Positions 62,101 to 64,000 of a stretch of DNA of 64,000 nt are shown here, piece after piece. A program made the position numbers and the translations under genes. The notes beneath the pieces were generated by a model. It saw only the letters and a program-made list of their open reading frames with translations, had not been told where the DNA came from and did no database searches. Source of the DNA: Batkoa obscura (taxonomy: Eukaryota); NCBI GenBank assembly GCA_030770535.1, contig JASVEC010000012.1, positions 434,001 through 498,000 on the forward strand, in the 5' to 3' direction. The first letter of the stretch is position 1, and each line of letters opens with the position of its first letter.

Positions 62101-64000
62101 ACCTACAAAATAAAATCGTGGAAAAGAAGATCTTTCTTTTTCTAAATATTCACCTAATGCCTTTTGAATTTTACTCAATAAATCTTTTAATCTTTCTAAT
62201 GATTTTTGAATATTTGGTATATTTAATACATCTAAAACAAAAGGAGATTTATATACTTTTTTCATAGCTGTTAAAAATTCGGCATTAATATTTTGAAATC
62301 TTGAAGTTTCCATTGGTAATAAATGTTTAATATCTGCTGAACCTGAAAATATACCTTCAAGATAAACCCATTGACGTTGTACATCAATCCAAACGTCAAA
62401 GAAAAGTACATAAATTCGGTTTAATTTGTCTTCCCAAGCTGAAGCTTCTTCTTCAAACACTTTATAATAAGGGGACATTTTCATAGCTGTTAATGAATTT
62501 AAATTTTCACTACATTTTGTCATCATATCATCCCACCCTTTAATTAATCGACATTTATTTTGATAATTTACTAATTCTAATGTATAACTACTCCATGTTT
62601 CTTTAACTTGTTTAATGAATTCTTCTAAAGCCATTTCTCCTTGAGCAACTATTATAATTTCTCTAGCAATAACTTCATTCTTATCCAAATCCATATCCCA
62701 AATATTACCTAAAGTCATTTCTGATAAAAAGAATTTACCTTCACAATCAAGTTGTTTAAATAATTGTCTCCAATGACGTTCACGTAAAGCATCTGATTTT
62801 AATTCAGTTAATATAGTATTAACTTTTAAATAACTATTTAATAAATCAATTATATAACTATAAGCTGGATATTGATGAATTCTAGGTGGTAATTTTCTAG
62901 CTTCAGAAACACATTCTTCAATTTGTAATCGAATTTTTCTAGGAACAACAGAAGCCCAAGTATTATCACGTAACATATAAATAGATTGCCAGATACCAGT
63001 TAATGCATTCCATACGGATTTAAGATCACCAAGCTCTTCTAATACTGGGCTTAATCGATCATTTAAAGTGACATCTAATTTCAATGCCTTCTTTGCTGAA
63101 TAAACTTGATCATATTCTTCTTTTAATCGAGTAAGACGACCTTCAAATATATTTAATGTATTAATAGCAATATCTGGTTTAATATCTCCTGCTTTAGGTA
63201 TATCTTTATTCCATTCAATAATTAAATTAGTAATTTTATCCTCAACAATTTTATCTTGGGCAATAATTTTCATTTGTAATCCAGCTACTTGTTCTTGAAT
63301 TGAATTGTTTTTACGTGCTAAAATTTCATTAAAGGCACTCCATTCTCCTTCTACTTGGTCAACATATAACCAATCCGATGGAAATTGATATCTTTGACGT
63401 TCCAATGTTTTTTGTCCATGTCTATAAAGTTCAATATCAGCACTCCATTGTTCTACTTTTAATTTAATATCTTCAACAAAAGTAATAAAAGTAACTACTT
63501 CGGAAGTAGCATTAGTATCTAATGAAAACCTTTCTAAACCAGCACGTGCTTTTGATACTTGTACATTAAATTCTTTCATTGAATTACCAAGTTTAATACC
63601 AAATTCTTTTAAGATTTCCTTTTGCCAAGAATCATATTTGGAATTGACTTTACTTTGAACTTGTTCATAATCTACAATAATTGGTCCAAAATTCTTTTCA
63701 GTTTCTGAATTATCAAAAGTTGCTCTTGCTTTTTTAATTTCAATTAAAATTTGTTGCCATTGAAATAAATCATCACCAAGTTTAGTATAAACAATTTCTG
63801 GTTCTAAATCCCAAAGTGATTGATATTGTAACCAAATTTTAACGTAATCAGAAACTTCTTTAATTTTACTTTCAATCTTTTCATAAGCTGAAGTTAATGC
63901 ATCATCATCTAAATCTTTAATAATAGACATGTAAGTTAAATCCCTTGGATCTTCAGATTCTTCACCAATGTTAAATTCATAACGAGAACTCTGTAATTTA
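53110..64000 (-). CDS. DYN1: Cytoplasmic dynein heavy chain (5' end outside window)
   Basis: Four P-loops GPAGTGKT, GPSGSGKS, GPPGSGKT, GVSGSGKT; stalk coiled coil and MTBD; frame stays open from 63930 to the window edge. Confidence 0.97.
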   Translation of the reverse strand, partial: KLQSSRYEFNIGEESEDPRDLTYMSIIKDLDDDALTSAYEKIESKIKEVSDYVKIWLQYQSLWDLEPEIVYTKLGDDLFQWQQILIEIKKARATFDNSETEKNFGPIIVDYEQVQSKVNSKYDSWQKEILKEFGIKLGNSMKEFNVQVSKARAGLERFSLDTNATSEVVTFITFVEDIKLKVEQWSADIELYRHGQKTLERQRYQFPSDWLYVDQVEGEWSAFNEILARKNNSIQEQVAGLQMKIIAQDKIVEDKITNLIIEWNKDIPKAGDIKPDIAINTLNIFEGRLTRLKEEYDQVYSAKKALKLDVTLNDRLSPVLEELGDLKSVWNALTGIWQSIYMLRDNTWASVVPRKIRLQIEECVSEARKLPPRIHQYPAYSYIIDLLNSYLKVNTILTELKSDALRERHWRQLFKQLDCEGKFFLSEMTLGNIWDMDLDKNEVIAREIIIVAQGEMALEEFIKQVKETWSSYTLELVNYQNKCRLIKGWDDMMTKCSENLNSLTAMKMSPYYKVFEEEASAWEDKLNRIYVLFFDVWIDVQRQWVYLEGIFSGSADIKHLLPMETSRFQNINAEFLTAMKKVYKSPFVLDVLNIPNIQKSLERLKDLLSKIQKALGEYLEKERSSFPRFYFVGDEDLLEIIGNSKDILRIQKHFKKMFAGINNILLNEDTSIIIGMASKDGEEVLFKKPIILKENPRINDWLTMIENEMKVSLALLLDDAIKELSTVYLADDLNNELFMQWINKYPAQLVVLASQAIWTQTIEDGFITSKNDKLDLTHFDSALNKVERGLITLADAVLTDLVVTQRRKCEHLITELVHQRDVIRLLIKNKVINNKDFNWLYQMRFYYNSTIQEPLHRLNIQMANANFYYGYEYLGIPDRLVQTPLTDRCYLTLTQALEARLGGSPFGPAGTGKTESVKALGVQLGRFVLVFCCDENFDFQAMGRIFIGLCQVGAWGCFDEFNRLEEKILSAVSQQIQSIQLGLKKLQENPKQTIDLVGKNVKIHGDTGIFITMNPGYAGRSNLPDNLKKLFRSMAMTKPDRELIAQVMLYSQGFNSAELLASKVVPLFVLCAEQLSPQSHYDFGLRALKSVLVSAGNLKRNRLQKIRDSIKNNEEQSIDDTFSKGSTEQEILIQSVRETLVPKLVSEDIPLLKSLMTDVFPGVEYAPVDLDKLKESIISICKERNLVDEPNWMEKIIQLYQIQNIHHGLMMVGPSGSGKSVAWRTLLAALEKVDNIEGVSYVIDPKAMSKEALYGSLDQTTREWSDGLFTHILRKIIDNMRGESGKRHWIIFDGDVDPEWVENLNSVLDDNRLLTLPNGERLSLPSNVRIMFEVEDLRQATLATVSRCGMVWYSEDVVSLNMIYKEYLNKLKTQILAESEEDLANIKGTENESLALSTQQQCATILAPFFTEDALVTKTLNFAFTINHIMDFTRMRVLTTLFSLLNKVVRNIIDFNLQGLESALTTDVLESYIQRKLVLALIWSFSGDTKLDIRAELGEFIRGITTIELPAFAPNSSIIDYDVTLPDNEWVSWEGKVPVIDIETHTVAEADVVIPTVDTIRHEEVLYSWLSEHKPLMLCGPPGSGKTMTLFSALRKLPDMEVVGLNFSSATTPELIMKTFEQYCEYRKTPNGVLLSPTMIGRWLVIFCDEINLPSTDKYGTQRVISFLRQLIEHGGFWRTADKSWVTLERIQFVGACNPPTDPGRVPLSHRFLRHAPLVMVDYPGELSLKQIYGTFSRAMLKIIPDLRGYSDNLTSAMVDVYLASQKRFTPDIQAHYIYSPRELTRWMRGIFEAMKPLDSLSVEELVRIWAHEALRLFQDRLVNEDERKWTDDLIDEVAITNFPNLNKEEALVRPILFSNWLSKHYIPITRDELRDYTKARLKVFYEEELDVPLVLHNDVLEHVLRIDRVFRQMQGHLLLIGVSGSGKTTLSRFVAWMNGLSIFQIKAHNKYTGDDFDEDLRTVLRRAGCKGEKICFIMDESNVLDSGFLERMNTLLANAEVPGLFEGDEYSALMNQCKEAAQREGRMLDSGEELYKWFTQQVMKNLHVVFTMNPPEGGLGSRAATSPALFNRCVLDWFGDWSDQAFFQVGKEFTQALDIDLPMYTPPDDIQVAYRDLPMPPNHRDALINGFVYVHMTLYEVNNKLSKRQGRYNHVTPRHYLDFINHYVKLHNEKREDLEDQQRHLNIGLEKLHSTVVQVEELRASLALKEKELNEKNMEANEKLKKMVADQQEAESKKEDSIKIQAELEIKNKAIAERTAIVMDDLANAEPAVIEAQKSVRNIKKQHLTEVRSMANPPLPVKIAMESVCILLGHKIESWKSVQGILRRDDFISSIETYTTEAKLTRSIRDKIKKEYMSNGNFNFETVNRASKACGPLVQWVIAQVNYSSILDRVGPLRNEVVVLENSAKETQNEASKIMQMIEDLENSISTYKEEYAILISQVQSIKGEMERVKSKVNRSMTLLGSLSSEKERWEASSQAFETQMATIVGDCLLSAAYMAYGGYFDQQYREILFEKWTSHLIRSSINFKQEISLTEYLSTADERQAWQDNSLPADDLCIENAIMLKRFNRYPLIIDPSGQATNFLANEFKDKKITITSFLDDSFLKNLESALRFGNPLLIQDVENLDPILNPVLNRELRRTGGRVLIRLGGQDIDFSPSFTLFLSTRDPSVNFPPDVCSRVTFVNFTVTRGSLQSQCLNKVLKTESPETDRKRSDIIKIQGEYRLRLRHLEKSLLAALSESKGNILDDDSVIDTLETLKREAGEVAKKVEETDTVIQEVEAVTAAFTPLAQACSSIFFAIDQIHSLHHFYQFSLDFFYDIFNFILNDNKNLIGITDQNERLNMLSKDLFIESFRRVSQTLLHDDHVTFSTILTHIFLKSINHPIEDNEYNFFTGSIEAINDQHINSGLSTDIFTEDMIHSLSDLMQLDSFNNLAIHAANNEELWKSFVFDYNGDLNNVPECWSTEIQLSPIQTTFKKLLIIKCIHPDQLISSSILFVEKVFGPRFFGDIELDFKKLTLNEVKASTPIALCSIPGYDASNRVDNLASIMSTRCTSVAMGSAEGFSLADQAITNAVKNGTWVLLKNVHLAPSWLGQLEKKLHSLKPHNNFRLFLTMETNPKVPVNLLRMSRVLLFEPPPGIKANLQESLKSINVSKLENGPVERSRLYFLVSWIHAIVQERLRYVPLGWSKIYEFNDADLNCGLATIDNWLDSVAKGRSNLSPEKIPFDAICTLLAQSVYGGKIDNEFDQKLLDSFVNTIFTKDSYNLEFELVKKYEENTTALVIPDAIKLDQFINWCNKLPDVEPPNWLGLPSNAQKVLLTQKGNTFINNVRRMKSMVDDDSEDLINNNKSNETESTSIQIPAWMRAIATSAESWLKLLPEKLPLLPSTPKSSTNPLFRVFDRENSIGYSLLNSIRYDLNSILSLCRGEIKQTNHLRQLLSDLNKGNIPIKWKKYKVPMIYSVSNWITDFRKRLAQLEEIASAGTETDLATLKIWMGGLFIPEAYITATRQVAAQRNNWSLEDLVLDVYLGEDNTNSDCFIIKELKLEGGELNLSDKSMLPSKMLQQKVQFTSLKWKNKKEDKESEEKNLVELPVYLNVDRSDLLFVVKVKSNVSQHQFAQRGVGITAA

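Overview
Very AT-rich eukaryotic DNA with short (about 45-75 nt) GT-AG introns. Gene content and protein style point to a fungus, most plausibly an early-diverging lineage such as Zoopagomycota/Entomophthoromycotina (inference). Housekeeping genes: ACP-like protein, Cla4/PAK kinase, Rmd5/Gid2 and Gid8, CorA Mg transporter, His-rich ZnT6/Zrg17-like CDF, Sit4/PP6, Hsp20, class 3 lipase, trimethyllysine dioxygenase, Rheb, secreted GGT, a membrane-anchored ATF6-like bZIP and the 3' 10.9 kb of cytoplasmic dynein heavy chain. The accessory part holds a tandem array of Kelch-repeat single-pass membrane proteins (two intact, one pseudogene) and an F-box pseudogene. The most notable features are: (1) an apparently intact 2.87-kb Sola2-like DDD transposon with 22-bp perfect TIRs and a 4-bp ATAT TSD, carrying a solo LTR upstream and a GC-richer multibranch hairpin directly downstream of the transposase; (2) at least 13 copies of a ~99-bp MITE whose ends are colinear with that transposon; (3) a ~99% identical inverted pair of 441-bp LTR-like units nested inside an older inverted repeat; (4) an ATF6-like bZIP. 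All family assignments are from motif recognition by eye, not database searches.
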